DNA of 64,000 bases from Scyliorhinus canicula (GCF_902713615.1 NC_052152.1:51559810-51623809); one strand, 5' to 3'. Positions 37,090 to 49,410 are shown, counted from the first letter of the stretch. Notes: generated by a model from the sequence alone, not told the origin. Program-made: numbers and translations.

Positions 37090-39879
37090 TCTGAGGTGCA
37101 TTCGTTTTAATGCGAGAAGTGTAGCAGTTAAGGCAGATGAAATTAGGGCTTGGATTAGTACCTAGGAATATGATGTTATTGGTTTTACTGAGACTTGGTT
37201 GAGGGAAGGGCAAGATTGGCAACTAAATATCCCAGGGTACAAATGCTTCAAGAGGGATAGAGAGGGAGGTAAAAGGGGTGGAGGAGTTGCATTACTGGTC
37301 AGAGATGATTTCACAGCTGTGATTAAGGAGGGCACTATGGAGGATTCGCGCACTGAGGCAATATGAGTAGAGTTAAGAAATAGGAAGGGTGCAGTAACAT
37401 TGTTGGGACCTTACTACAGGCCTCCCAAAAGTGAGCATGAAGTAGAGGTACAAATATGTAGACAGATTATAGAAAAATGTAGGAGCAATAGGGTGGTCGT
37501 AATGGGAGATTTTAATGTCCCCAACATTGAATGGGACTCATGTAGCGTTGGAGGCGTAAATGGAGCAGAGTTTGTAAGGAGCATCCAGGAGGGTTTTCTA
37601 GAGCAGTATGTAAATAGTCCAACTCAGGAGGGGGCCATACTGGACCTGGTATTGGGGAATGATCCCGGCCAGGTGGTTGAAATTTCAGCCAGTGATTACT
37701 TTGGGACTAGCGATCACAATTCCGTAAGTTTTAGAATACTCATGGACAAAGACGAGAGTGGTCCTAAAGGAAGAGTGCTAAATCGGGGAAAGGCCAAGTA
37801 TAACAAAATTCGGCAGGAGCTGGGGAATGTGGATTTGGAGCAGTTATTTAAGGGTAAATCCACATTTGAAATGTGGGAGTCTTTTAAGGAAAGGTTAATT
37901 AGAGTGCAGGACAGACATGTCCCTGTGAAAATGAAGAATAGAAATGGCAAGATTAGGGAACCATGGATGACGGGTGGAATTGTGAGACTAGCTAAGATGA
38001 AAAAGGAAGCATACATAAGATCTAGGCGACTTAAAACTGATGAAGCTTTGGAGAAATATCAGGAAAGTAGGACAAATCTCAAACGCACAATAAAGAGGGC
38101 TAAAAGGGGTCATGAAATATCTTTGGCTCACAGGGTTAAGGAAAATCCCAAAGCCTTTTATTCGTACATAAGGAGCAAGGGGGTACCTAGAGAAAGGATT
38201 GACTCACTCAAAGACAAAAGAGGGAATTTATGCATGGAGTCAGAGGAAATGGGTGAAATACTTAATGAGTACTTTGCATCGGTATTCACCAAGGAGAGGG
38301 ACATGACGGATGTTGAGGTTCGGGATGGATGTTTAAATACTCTTGGTCAAGTCGGCATAAGGAAGGAGGAAGTTTTGATTATTTGAAAAGGAATTAAGGT
38401 GGACAAGTCCCCAGGTCCGGATCGGATCCGGAAGCGAGGGTTGAAATAGCTGGGGCCTTAACAGATAACTTTGCAGCATCCTTGAGCACGTGTGAGGTCC
38501 CGGAGGACTGGAGAATTGCTACATTGTCCCTTTGTTTAAGAAGGGTAGCAGGGATAATCCAGGGAATTATAGACCTGTGAGCTTGATGTCAGTGGTAGGC
38601 ACACTGTTGGAGACGATACTGAGGGATAGGCTCTATTCATTTGGAAGAAAATAGACATATCAGTGATAGGCAGCATGGTTTTGTGCAGGGAAGGTCATGT
38701 CTTACAAATCTAATAGAATTCTTTGAGGAAGTGACAAAGTTAATTGATGAGGGAAGGGCTGTAGATGTCATATACATGGACTTCAGTAAGGCGTTTGATA
38801 AAATTTCCCATGGCATGTTGATGGAAAAAGTGAAGTCACATGGGGTTCAGGGTGTACAAGCTAGATGGATAAAGGACTGGCTAGGCAACAGGAGACAGAG
38901 AGTAGTGGTGGAAGGGAGTGTCTCAAAATGGAGAAAGGTGACTAGTGGTGTTCCACAGGGATCCGTGCTCGAACCACTGTTGTTTGTGATATACATAAAT
39001 GATCTGGACGAAGCTATAGGTGGTCTGACTGGCAAATTTGCAGATGATACTAAGATTGGTGGAGTTGCAGATAGCGAGGGGGACTGTCAGAGAATACAGC
39101 AAAATATAGATAGATTGGAGAGTTGGGCAGAGAAATGGCAGATGGAGTTCAATCCAGGCAAATGCGAGGTGATGCATTTTGGAAGATCCAATTCAAGAGT
39201 GGACTATAAGGTCAATGGAAGAGTCCTGGGGAAAATTGATGTACAGAGAGATCTGGGAGTTCAGGTCCATTGTACCCTGAAGGTGGCAATGCAGGTCGAT
39301 AGAGTGGTCAAGAAGGCATACAGAATGCTTGCCTTCATTGGACGGGGTATTGAGTACAAGAGTCGGCATGTCATGTTACAGTTGTATAGGACTTTGGTTA
39401 GGTCACATTTGGAATACTGTGTGCAGTTCTGGTCGCCACATTACCAGAAGGATGTGGATGCTTTAGAGAGGGTGCAGAGGAGGTTCACCAGGATGTTGCC
39501 TGGTATGGAGGGTGCTAGCTGTGAAGAAAGGTTGAGTAGATTAGGATTGTTTTTGTTGGAAAGACGGAGGTTGAGGGGAGACCTGATTGAGGTCTACAAA
39601 ATTATGAGAGGTATGGACAGGGTGGATAGCAACAAGCTTTTTCCAAGAGTGGGGGTGTCAATTACAAGTGGTCACGATTTCAAGGTGAGAGGGGGAAAGT
39701 TTAAGGGAGATGTGCATGGAAAGTTTTTTACGCAGAGGGTGGTGGGTGCCTGGAATGCTTTACCAGCGGAGGTGGTAGAGGCGGGCATGATAGCATCATT
39801 TAAGATGCATTTAGACAGATATATGAACGGCCGGGGAACAGAGGGAAGTAGATCCTTGGAAAATAGGCGACAGGTTTAG
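37090..39879 (+). pseudogene. CR1 ORF2 (APE and RT) in several pieces
   Basis: VMGDFN, SDHNSV, QHGFVQGRSCLTNL, GVPQGSVL, FADDTK, QRDLGV and RRLRGDLIEVYKI motifs. Confidence 0.9.
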
Positions 39880-41409
39880 ATAAAGGATCTGGATCGGCGC
39901 AGGCTGGGAGAGCCGAAGGGCTTGTTCCTGTGCTGTAATTTTCTTTGTTCAGTGGATTCTCATATGTAGTTGGTCCTCATATGTAGTTGGACAACTGGCA
40001 CTGGGGTGCTCCCATTGCTAGTTGCAGCCTTCCTTGTACTCAGGTTCCTACCTGTCCAATTATACTTGGCAGGAATTCCCCTGCTCTTATGCCCCTACAA
40101 TTCCAGGCAGGTGACCATCTATTGCACAGACTCCTATCTGTGCCACAGGAAAGACACGTGCTTTCCAAAGGGTGAGACTGCTTAATGCCATTCACTGTTT
40201 TATGGGGTCCAGATAACTCCCTGGGTGGAAATGACTGGCCCCATTGTGTACCTGTCTCCCTTTACCAGGCCTGCTGGCATATGCAGTTCATTTATCCTCA
40301 GAAAAATCTCCCCATTAATGAAATCTTAATTAGCTTAAATATTCTGATGACGCAATCAGGTCAATGAAGGTAATGCAGTTGATGTGAAGTACATGAACTT
40401 CCAAAGGACATTTCATAGAGTGCCATATAGCAGGCTTGTCTGCAACATTCCAGCCAATGGAATAAACAGGGGGCATGGAGATGAAATTTGCTGGGTGACA
40501 GGACACTGTAGTGTTTCATCGTTTGAAAGAGACAATATGAAATAAAGAATTTTGAAAGAGCAGGAGTAGAGCAAATTGAGTGAATGTGCACACAAATCAT
40601 TGAAATTTGCAGAGCTGGTTCAGGAAGTGGTTCGACAACAGTTGGGATCCTAGATGTTATAAATAGTAGGTGTGTGTCAGGCAAAAAGAAGATTATGACA
40701 TCACCTTTATAAGACACTGGTTCAACCTTAACTGGTATATTGGCCGAGGTTTTCTGCTCGCGTTCTTTATGGGCACATTTGGAGACAGAAGGGGAAAATC
40801 TCACGAGGCCCAAGTTTCTTCTTACATTGGCAGGAAATCCCACCGCGACCGCACCCCCCCCCCCCCCCCCCCCCCCCAACCCCCGCGCCCATCCGCCAGT
40901 CAGGTAACAGGAATCCTGATGTTCAACATCAGGGACACCATTATAACAAATCTGAATATCATTTTCAGGCCTCTACACCTGAACCATCCCCCCACCCCGT
41001 AATATAATCCATTGACATCGGCATGAGGGCAGACTGGTGTGACTTACAACTGGTCTCTCATGGTGTGCACCTGGTGGGAAGACACTCCAGAAGAGCTCAG
41101 GTGAATGCATCACTGGGATGGGGTGGGGGGAACAGAGTGGCCAGGGCCTGTGTTTTCGGGGGGGGGGGGGGGGGGGGGGGGGGGGGTCATTTTAACGTTT
41201 ACGCACCAGGGTGCCTTTATAAATCATGCTCTGATCTTTAAATTCTAATTTGCTGGCAGGGTGGTCTCTGTAAGCATGAAGTTGTGGGGCCCACCCCTTG
41301 GGTATATTTGTTTCCATGTTCCTCACAATATGGCGGAAGTGGTTTCATACACTACTTTTCCCATCCACTGTTGCACTGTGCCAAAATGCAGGTAAAATTC
41401 CACCCAATA

Positions 41410-42690
41410 AGCGCGATTCTCCGGAAAACTATCCACGTTTTGTAACAAGCGGGAATTGCCGCATTTACCCGGCGTTCTGCCCGGCGAGCTGGCACCACTA
41501 TTCAACATTAATTGGTCCACTTGACGAGGCCTCATGGGCTTCCCGCCCCGAATGCTGGCTCGGCAGCTGATTCGCCGTGACCGTGCTCGCCAGCACCCAC
41601 TAACAACGTCAAGCAGCACTTAAATAGCACTTGCTCAGCCAACCCCAGCCAGCTCACAACAATGGCATCGAGGAGACTTACCCCAAGATTCACTGATGCT
41701 GACATGGAGAGGCTCCTGGACGCGGCGAAGGCCAGGAGGAATGTCCTGTTCCCCCGAGGGTCCCGGAGGATGAGCCACAAGGCAGTCAGTGCTGCCTGGG
41801 ACGAGGTGGACGCAGCAGTCAGCTTGGATAGTGTGACCAGGAGGACAGGCCTCCAGTGTCGGAATGTCAACGACCTACACCGGGAAGCACGGGTGAGTAG
41901 ACACCAATGTCCCACCTCCCAACACCCCCAAGGGAGCATCCCCCCAGGCGACCCCCAATCCTCCCTCCATCCCCCTCCCTCTTCAGCACTCCCTCCACCC
42001 ACCCCTTCAACCCTCCCTCCACCCCAACCCTCCCTACAGCCCCCCCCCCCCCCCCACAACTGTGAACCACGTGTGTGGCTAATGATTGCTCTCTGTCTCC
42101 TCAGGAAAAGCTCTCCCATAATCAGCAGGAGAGGGCCCAGAATGCGGTGAGGTGCCGGACTGGAGAATCCTCACCTCCTTCGAGGAGTGGGCCCTGGAGG
42201 TGACTGGTGTGGCTGAAGACAGGGCGGTCACCCCTGCGGAGGCTGGCGGACGCCGCAGAGGTGAGGAACCACCATGCCCCACCGGAGGACCTGTCAAACG
42301 TGAGTTGTTCTAGCCTTACTGACCCATCCCTCCCACTGACCACATGTCCATTGTCCTGCATGTCTTCCAGCAAACGGCGCGGCCCATCCTGGGCGGCACC
42401 CTCTCCTGAGTCCGAGAACACCTCAGCGGAGAGCTCCGAGGATGCAACTGTTATAGTCGCAGCACAGCTGTCATTCCCACCCTCCAACAGCGCAGATACA
42501 CACACCTCGGAGGGAAATGTTAGTGGTCAGGCTCTTCGGGCACAATCTGGTGAGCATCACACTTCTGATGATGTAGATCTGGTGGAGGGAGGAACCCCCA
42601 GGCAAGACAGCATTCGGAGGTCTGCTGGATCCCTGCTCCCAATTGGGTCCCAGCCTGATGCTGCGCCTCTGGAAGAGTTTTCCGGAGCTG
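41410..42690 (+). mobile_element. Truncated Harbinger C (left end and spliced Myb/SANT gene only)
   Basis: GCGCGATTCTCC TIR remnant. Exon 41662-41892 MASRRLTPRFTDADMERLL...AWDEV...QCR, donor CGG|GTGAGT, acceptor TCTCCTCAG| at 42104. Cut by a SINE. Confidence 0.75.
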
Positions 42691-42694
42691 GCAT

Positions 42695-42995
42695 GGTAGC
42701 AAAGTGGTGAGCACTGTTGTTTCATAGCGCCAGGGTCCCAGGTTCGATTCCCGGCTTAGGTCACTGTCTGAGCGGAGTCTGCACATTCTTCCCATGTCTG
42801 TATGGGTTGCCTCCGGGTGCTCCGGTTCCTCCCACAAGTCCCGAAAGACATGCTGTTAGGTGAATTAGTCATTCTGAATTTTCCCTTAGTGTACCCGAAC
42901 AGGCGCGGGAGAGAAGCGACTAGGTGATTTGCACAGTAACGTCATTGCAGTGTTAATGTAAGCCTACTTGTGACAATACTAAAGATTATTATTAT
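42695..42995 (+). mobile_element. V-SINE variant with GTGACAATA-(ATT)n tail
   Basis: Head, V-domain and tail as at 5399-5694. Confidence 0.8.
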
Positions 42996-43124
42996 TGTAG
43001 ACATTGCATCCCAGGCCATTCGTAAGTGAAAATTGCAATCGTGGTCCGACAACATGCATCTCCCCAATGGCTAATTTAATGCCTAACTCAAACAACAGAA
43101 TTTCATCGAGGTATTTTCCCTTAC

Positions 43125-43466
43125 CTTTAACAATTAGGTGAGTCCCAGCGCCTGTGGTCTTACTTGAAAGCGAACCTTCATGAGTAACAATATTACAATA
43201 ATACACCCCTGTGTCAGAAACGAGAAGATCTTTAATTCTCAGAACACTGTGGAAATGAGTTGTGTTGACACTGGACACAGTGATACGATCATCTTCCAGC
43301 TCGGTACTGATATTTCTCACATGCGTTTCACCAAAGATCATTTTGACGGAATGCCAATAGAAACTGCCTTCATTCTCTAAAATGCAGTTGAAATGGGCAG
43401 CCTGGCCTTCCTGCAGCCTGAGTATGGGGGGAGATTGCAGCACCTCCGATCCAGTAGCAGCAGCAC
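43125..43466 (-). CDS. Ig V-set exon with germline-joined J-like motif; NKp30/NCR3-like receptor
   Basis: Acceptor GTAATAG|GT at 43467/43466 and donor AAAG|GTAAGG at 43125/43124; 342 bp, phase 1-1. Q-SP..EG...C, W, L-x-I-x-D-L-x-x-x-D-T-G-V-Y-Y-C and TGAGTHLIV. Confidence 0.9.
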
Positions 43467-43547
43467 CTATTACAATACAACCTCATTAATGTGTTGAAGA
43501 TAGTTAAACATTTCAGTGTAAATTGTAGTAATTGCCTCCATATTATT

Positions 43548-43762
43548 TATTTTTAAAAAATAAATTTAGAGTACCCAATTAATTTTTTCCAATTAAGGGG
43601 CAATTTAGCATGGCCAATCCACCTACTCTGCACATCTTTGGGTTGTGTGGGCGAAACCCGCAAACACGGGGAGAATGTGCAAACTCCTCACAGACAGTGA
43701 CCCAGAGCCGGGATCGAACCTGGAACCTCGGCGCCGTGAGGCAACAGGGCCACCGTGCTGCC
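43548..43762 (-). mobile_element. Short V-SINE with A-rich tail in intron 1 of the Ig gene
   Basis: GGGCAGCACGGTGGC head; tail GGGTACTCTAAATTTATTTTTTAAAAA. Confidence 0.8.
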
Positions 43763-43829
43763 CAACATGCCTCCATATTAAGAATGAATAATTATATACA
43801 TTACCTATATCTAGAATCAGTATACTTAC

Positions 43830-43863
43830 AGACTGAAAACAAGAGCAATGCAGCAATCATCAT
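43830..43863 (-). CDS. Leader exon of the Ig receptor (MMIAALLLFSV)
   Basis: ATG at 43863 and donor GTCT|GTAAGT at 43830/43829 in phase 1. Spliced to the V exon it gives the signal peptide MMIAALLLFSVCAAATGS-EVLQSP. Confidence 0.85.
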
Positions 43864-43920
43864 GCGTGATCAGTGACAAAGGCACTGAGTAGATCTTTTT
43901 TGCGACAACCGAAGCAGTAA

Positions 43921-43956
43921 TTTCACTTCCTTTTTCTTAAAAGAGACAACTTCCTC
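43921..43956 (-). promoter_or_regulatory. Proximal promoter: Ets-IRF composite element plus a second Ets site
   Basis: Minus-strand AGGAAGTGAAA (43931-43921; EICE consensus GGAAnnGAAA) and GAGGAAGT (43956-43949), 58-93 nt upstream of the ATG. Confidence 0.55.
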
Positions 43957-44924
43957 AGAGATGTTGCTCACTTTTCTGAAACCAACAACTTGTTTGTATA
44001 ATCTATTGCAAAATCAATTTTGCCTGTGAATTTCTGAGAGTTGGAAGAACATTTCCAAGTATCCTGAACTATGTTGCTGATAAGAGAGTGAAATCGTTAA
44101 TTTGTTCTGACAAACTGGCATTCTTACCCTTTCTGGAATTCCAAGATATTAGTTATTAACGAGGAGCTCTTTATCTGACTTGATCCACGGGATGTTACTG
44201 GGATTGTTTCCATCGGTTTGAGGTATTTTTCATCTATGTGATTAAGGTGTCAGTGCAGCAAATAGGAAAAGACTGTCACCTCTACTTTGGGGAGTTAATT
44301 AATCGAAAATGCCACTAAAATAATGAGGAGAGATTAGGACAGATTAAATAGAGCTACCTTTTATATAGTGGGTTATTAAGAGTAAGGAATGTCTCGTCAC
44401 GTCTTTTAAAGAAACATTGGATATATTTTTGCAATATAGGACGATGCAAGCTGCAAGAACACTGGAGGAGTGCGATTCATTTTGCAATATAAATAGAAAA
44501 TGCTGGAAATGCTCAACAGATCAAGCAGCATCTGACGGAGAGAAACACCGGGTATCAAATTTCCTGAATTCATAGAATTTTGCTTTGTCTTAGTTTTGTA
44601 ATGCTTTTGTTTTGGAATGTGTTAGCCAAGAGATAGCACAGACACTATTGACTGAATGGCTGACTTCTGTGCGAGCAAACCTGTATATGTGGTACTGTAC
44701 TCCATGAAGGGAGATTGATCTCAGTACAGGCAAGGCAAACCTTTGCATGGACTTAGTCAAAACACTTTCACCTCTAAATCAGAAGATTGTGAGTTAATGT
44801 TCTACTCCAGAAACGTTTGCATAAATGAGACTGACAACTGCAGTATTGAACGGGTGCTGCACTGCCAAATATGCTGTCTTTCAGCTGAAAGGTTTATTTT
44901 TTAAAAAATAATTTTTATTAAAGT

Positions 44925-45200
44925 TTTCACAAAATATCAACAACAAAAATATAAAGTACAAAATGCAAAAAATGTAAAGGAAACTCAGTAACAAAAATAA
45001 TAATTAACACCCGCCCAAACACATAGCAAATATATACACCCAGACAAAACCTCCAATATATAGAAACAAAACAGAAATAAACCCCCCCCCCCCCCCCCCC
45101 ACCCCGGGTTGCTGCTGCCACTGATCATTGTCTACCGTTCTGCCAGAAAGTCTAGGAATGGTTGCCACCGCTTGAAAAACCCCTGTACCGACCCCTTCAA
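44925..45200 (-). mobile_element. Short L1 3' end
   Basis: FALKGSVQGFFKRWQPFLDFLAER, L1 3' UTR and AATAAA/A-tail. Confidence 0.8.
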
Positions 45201-45247
45201 AGCAAATTTGTACCCAGAGGAAAAGCAGGATAAAATGCATTTAACGC

Positions 45248-45480
45248 AGGGTCGGAACGGTGGCGCACTGGTTAGCACTGCTGCCTCGCGGCGCAGAGGG
45301 CCCGGGTTCAATCCCAGCCCCAGGTCACTGTCCGTGTGGAGTTTGCACGTTCTCCCAGTGTCTGTGTGGGTTTCACCCCCACAATGCAAACAAGTGCAGG
45401 GTAGGTGAATAGGCCACGCTAAATTGCCCCTTAATTGGAAAACAAAAGTTGGGTATTCTAAATTTATAACAAAAAAAAAA
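45248..45480 (+). mobile_element. Short V-SINE, A-rich tail
   Basis: Same family as 43548-43762. Confidence 0.75.
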
Positions 45481-45693
45481 GTGCATTTAATGCTCTAAAT
45501 GACTAATGCTTAGAGACATTGGGCAGAATTGTACAGCCCCTCCTGCCAGTGGGATTTTTCAGTCCTGCTGAAGTCAACTGAGTTTTGAACAAGTCTCTCC
45601 ATTTTACACCCTCAGCCCCTCATGACAGGACCATAAAATCCTACCATTACCATGATTGGTAACATTCAAAATATTTTCCTAAATCCTAAATGA

Positions 45694-45872
45694 AATGAAA
45701 TGAAAATTGCTTATTGTCACGAGTAGGCTTCAATGAAGTTACTGTGAAAAGCCCCTAGTCGCCACATTCCGGCGCCTGTCCGGGGAGGCTAGTACCGGAA
45801 TCGAACCGTGCTGCCGGCCTGCTTGATCTGCTTTAAAAGCCAGCGATTTAGCCCAGTGAGCTAAATCAGCCT
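45694..45872 (-). mobile_element. Short tRNA-derived SINE, (TTTCA)n tail
   Basis: Copy of 11497-11684, flanked by the direct repeat CTAAATGAA (45686-45694, 45873-45881). Confidence 0.8.
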
Positions 45873-46679
45873 CTAAATGAACTAAGCCCTTAAAAAATCT
45901 GGATGAATTTGACACATGTAAATTTGTATTTTTTTTTCCTATTTTAGCAATTGAAAAATGTTAATAAAAATACTTTAAAAAAAATTCTGGATGAGTTTGT
46001 ATATGACTGTTATCAACACTGAAACGTCTGATTGAATGGTGACAGTTCATCGGCTCTCCCAGAGCATGCAAACATCATCATGGGTTATCAGAACATAACT
46101 TATCACAATACAATAATGTGGATTGCAATGTTCAATTAATACTTGGCAGTTTCACTAGTTACTGAAATTGAATTCTGTTAAAAGTTTTACTATGCATATA
46201 TTATATATATGTTAGTTCCCCACCTCTGCAACAGAGTCTCATTGAATAATGTGAAGCACAAATACAACTGATTCATCAAACTCAAATAATTTAACAAGTG
46301 GGGATGATTATGGTTTCATGGCTGCCAAATTGATCTGTTATACATTTTTCACACATGGAAAATAAGTATGTCAGGTGTAAGCACAACACAGAAATCAGAA
46401 GGATGAAGTTGAATACTTTGAAATAAGTTTTATTAATTCAGCCTTTTAAACATCTGATGAATAGTGTAGGATGAAAGAATCACAAACATGCTTCTAGAGA
46501 ACAACCCAACAGTCCAACGCTTCTTCAATGTGACACATGAAGTTGCTTCAGGCTTGAAACAGATAATTCTAGGTATTAGCCTATAGCTTTAATTAATCAA
46601 AATACTTTGCAGATTTAGAAGATAAACCATTTTAAAATGCACATACCTAAGCAGCATGTTGTATTAATAAGAAAGGCTG

Positions 46680-47070
46680 ACTTAAAAGAAGTGCAGAAGC
46701 CAGAGCTCAAGGAAAGGAGGAAGGCTGATATTGTGGCCTTCGCCTCTCTGATTGCATGGCGGCGAATTGTGCAGGAGTGGCGGTCGGCATCGCCACCGGG
46801 AGTAGCAGCTTGGTTGGGTGACCTGTACGACTTCCTGCGATTAGGGAAGATAAAGTATGAGTGAAGGGTCTCTACAGGGGAGTTTGAGGAAAGGTGGGGG
46901 ATGTTTGTGACCGTGTTTGAGGGCCTGCTCATCGCCGGGGGGTGGGGGGGGGGGGGGGGTGAAAAAGGGGATAAATCTGTACAGACTGCACAGGTAGTTG
47001 ATGGTTGGGAAGTATGTTTCCCAGTGTGTTTATTCGCTATAACCTGTTTTGATATAATAAAATGCATTTA
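46680..47070 (+). mobile_element. Old L1 3' end
   Basis: AFASLIAWRRIVQEWRSASPPGVAAWLGDLYDFLRL followed by UTR and AATAAA. Confidence 0.75.
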
Positions 47071-48227
47071 AAAGTGTAAACAATTTCGAGGGTACCTTTC
47101 ACACAAAAAGGCAGGATTTAATGTGGGAAATGGGAGCTCGATATTACAACACAAAACCTGGTAGAATTCCTGTCGGCCCCATCTCTAGCAGCCCCAAATG
47201 TAGAGTTCTGAATTGACAGGGGAAACCCTGCCGCCTGGGTTCCTGGTCTCCACCCGGGGGTCATTTAATTGCTGAGTGCCTGTATCGAGAGAGACAGGCA
47301 AGTGAGGCAGATGGGGCATTCAGACATGGGCGGTCTATGTCAAGGGGAAGTCTTCAATACCTGGATTTAATTGGAGGGAGTCAGGAAGGCATCAGGATCT
47401 TCAGTTCGCACCCTCCGGCACAAAACCCCGGTTACTCTCTGGCCTTGGAACACACCTCTGGGTGGGGGAGGGGTGAGAAGGCACTGAATTAATTCCAAAC
47501 AATACTTTTGGTAGTACAAGCAAAAAGTTACTTAATGTAAATAGCATTCCTCATTATTCAATGTCTCATTTAAACTAGTAACATTTACCCTAAAATTACA
47601 TTAAATCTATAGAGTGAGAGAAAAACCACACAGGAGTTGCAAAGGGGCTCCACAACTTCTTGGCTCAGATGTCAACAACTAAAAAGACAGTAAATTAGAT
47701 TTGAATTTGAATGAAGGTGACATTTTTAAGAGTTTAAAAATGTGAACATTCAAATGTGAATGCATCACCATACTCTTTTTTTCTTTTTCATTCATGGCGC
47801 AGCATTTATTGTTCGTCCTTAATTGCCCCCGAAGTGACTTGTGAGGCCATTTAATGGTCAACCACATTGCTGTGGATCTAGAGTCACATGTAGCCAGACC
47901 AGGTAAGGATGGCTAATTCTTTGCTGCAAGGACATTGCTGATGGGTTTCAATGCAATCAACAATGATTTTATGGTCATCATTAGGCTTTTAATTCCAGGT
48001 TTTTATTGAATTCAAATTTCACAATTTGCCATGGTGGGATTCAAATCTAGGTCCCCAGAACATTACCCTGGGTCTCTGGATTACTAATCCAGTGACAATA
48101 CCACTATTCCATAGCCTCCCCTTAAAATCTGCTGCTTAAAACATTCTGTTTCAGATGAAATGCATCAAAATAAGTTTTAATTAATATTTTGAAATTAGCA
48201 CAAAACTAGTATTTCAAAAACATATTA

Positions 48228-48908
48228 GGTGAGATTCTCCTGAGTCGGCGCGATGGCCTGACATTGGCGTACGGTGCGAACCACTCCGGCGTTGGGCCGA
48301 CCAGAAGTAGCTGAATTCTCTGCACTTCCGGGGTCTAGGCCGGCGCGGAGGGGTTGGCGCCATGCTACCCGGCGCCGAAGGGACTGCGCGAGTTAGCGCA
48401 TGCACAGAACTGCCGGTGTGGTTCTGCACATGCACAGACCGGCTGGCGTATTCTGGCGCATGCGCAGGGGGGTGTCTCCTCCACGCTGGCCATGGCGAAG
48501 CCCTACAGGGGCCAGCGCAGAAGGAATAAGTGCCGCCTCGGCACAGGCCCGCCCGCAGATCAGTGGGCCCCGATCGAGGGCCAGGCCACCGTGCCCCCCC
48601 CCCCCCCCCCCCCGAAGACCACACCAGCCAACGTACCTGCCAGGTCCCGCCATGTGGGATCTTGTCCAATCCACTCTGGCGGGACTGGCCAAAAATGGGC
48701 GGCCGCTCGGCCTACTGGGGCCCGGAGAATTGCTGGGGTGCCCGCTGCCAACGGCCCCCGATCGGCATGGCGTGGTCCCCGCCCCAAAACCGGTGCCGGA
48801 GAATATGGCAGCCGGCATCGGAGCGGCGGGGCGGATTCACGCCGCCCCCCCCCCCCCCCCCCCCCCCGGGGATTCTCCGACCCGGCAGAGGGGTCGGAGA
48901 ATCCCGCC
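48228..48908. mobile_element. Harbinger MITE
   Basis: GGTGAGATTCTCC...GGAGAATCCCGCC ends; internal hairpin at about 48280-48360. TSD not resolved. Confidence 0.7.
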
Positions 48909-49410
48909 AACTGTATTTTGCACATCATTATTTGAAATTTATAAATTGCTTTCATTTTAATTCTGACTTCAGTGTTGAAGTTGGTCTAAACATCCATTCA
49001 ATATATTTAATCAAATTGTGAATATATACATTAGACAAGTCTGAAATAAGTTCATATGTAAGATATATGCCAAGAGCTTTGTATATATTCCACAAATAGC
49101 ATATACAATGTCAACTCTATTTCAAATTATGCTATTCCATATCTTTAGCATCAAGGGCCAAGCACCATTTTAGTAGGAAAATAATCTGAATGGAACTAAG
49201 GGAATTATTGATCAATTGGGTCTGCTGTTTGCTTTTACCAAGGTATATTTAGTTCACACATGGTAGGCCACACTAATTTCTCTCATTCTGCAAGATCTTG
49301 ATCATTCCACCTCCATTAGTTTGGAAATTATTTTTCTATATTGTAAAACTAAAATGCATCATTGCCTCTCGTACAATTTAATGCCACTACACTAGATTCT
49401 TTACCATTAG

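Larger units (their letters stand above)
35725..39950 (+). mobile_element. Full-length CR1-clade LINE (HER1-like), disrupted
   Basis: ORF1 and ORF2 in tandem; 3' end GCCGAAGGGCTTGTTCCTGTGCTGTAATTTTCTTTGTTC. Premature stops and frameshifts. Confidence 0.9.

Noticed and set aside
42979-43124. ORF-track continuation of the V domain (GKGKYLDEILL...)
   Set aside because: This is read-through into the intron past a consensus AAG|GTAAGG donor, ending in a SINE tail.
10122-43124. A C1/C2 Ig exon between the V and stalk exons
   Set aside because: I scanned the non-repeat stretches on the minus strand and found no Cys-Trp-Cys constant-domain pattern. A small or diverged exon cannot be excluded.
43276-43282. 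CACAGTG heptamer inside the V exon, a possible RSS
   Set aside because: There is no nonamer at 12 or 23 nt, it lies mid-domain, and V and J are already joined. No evidence of rearrangement.
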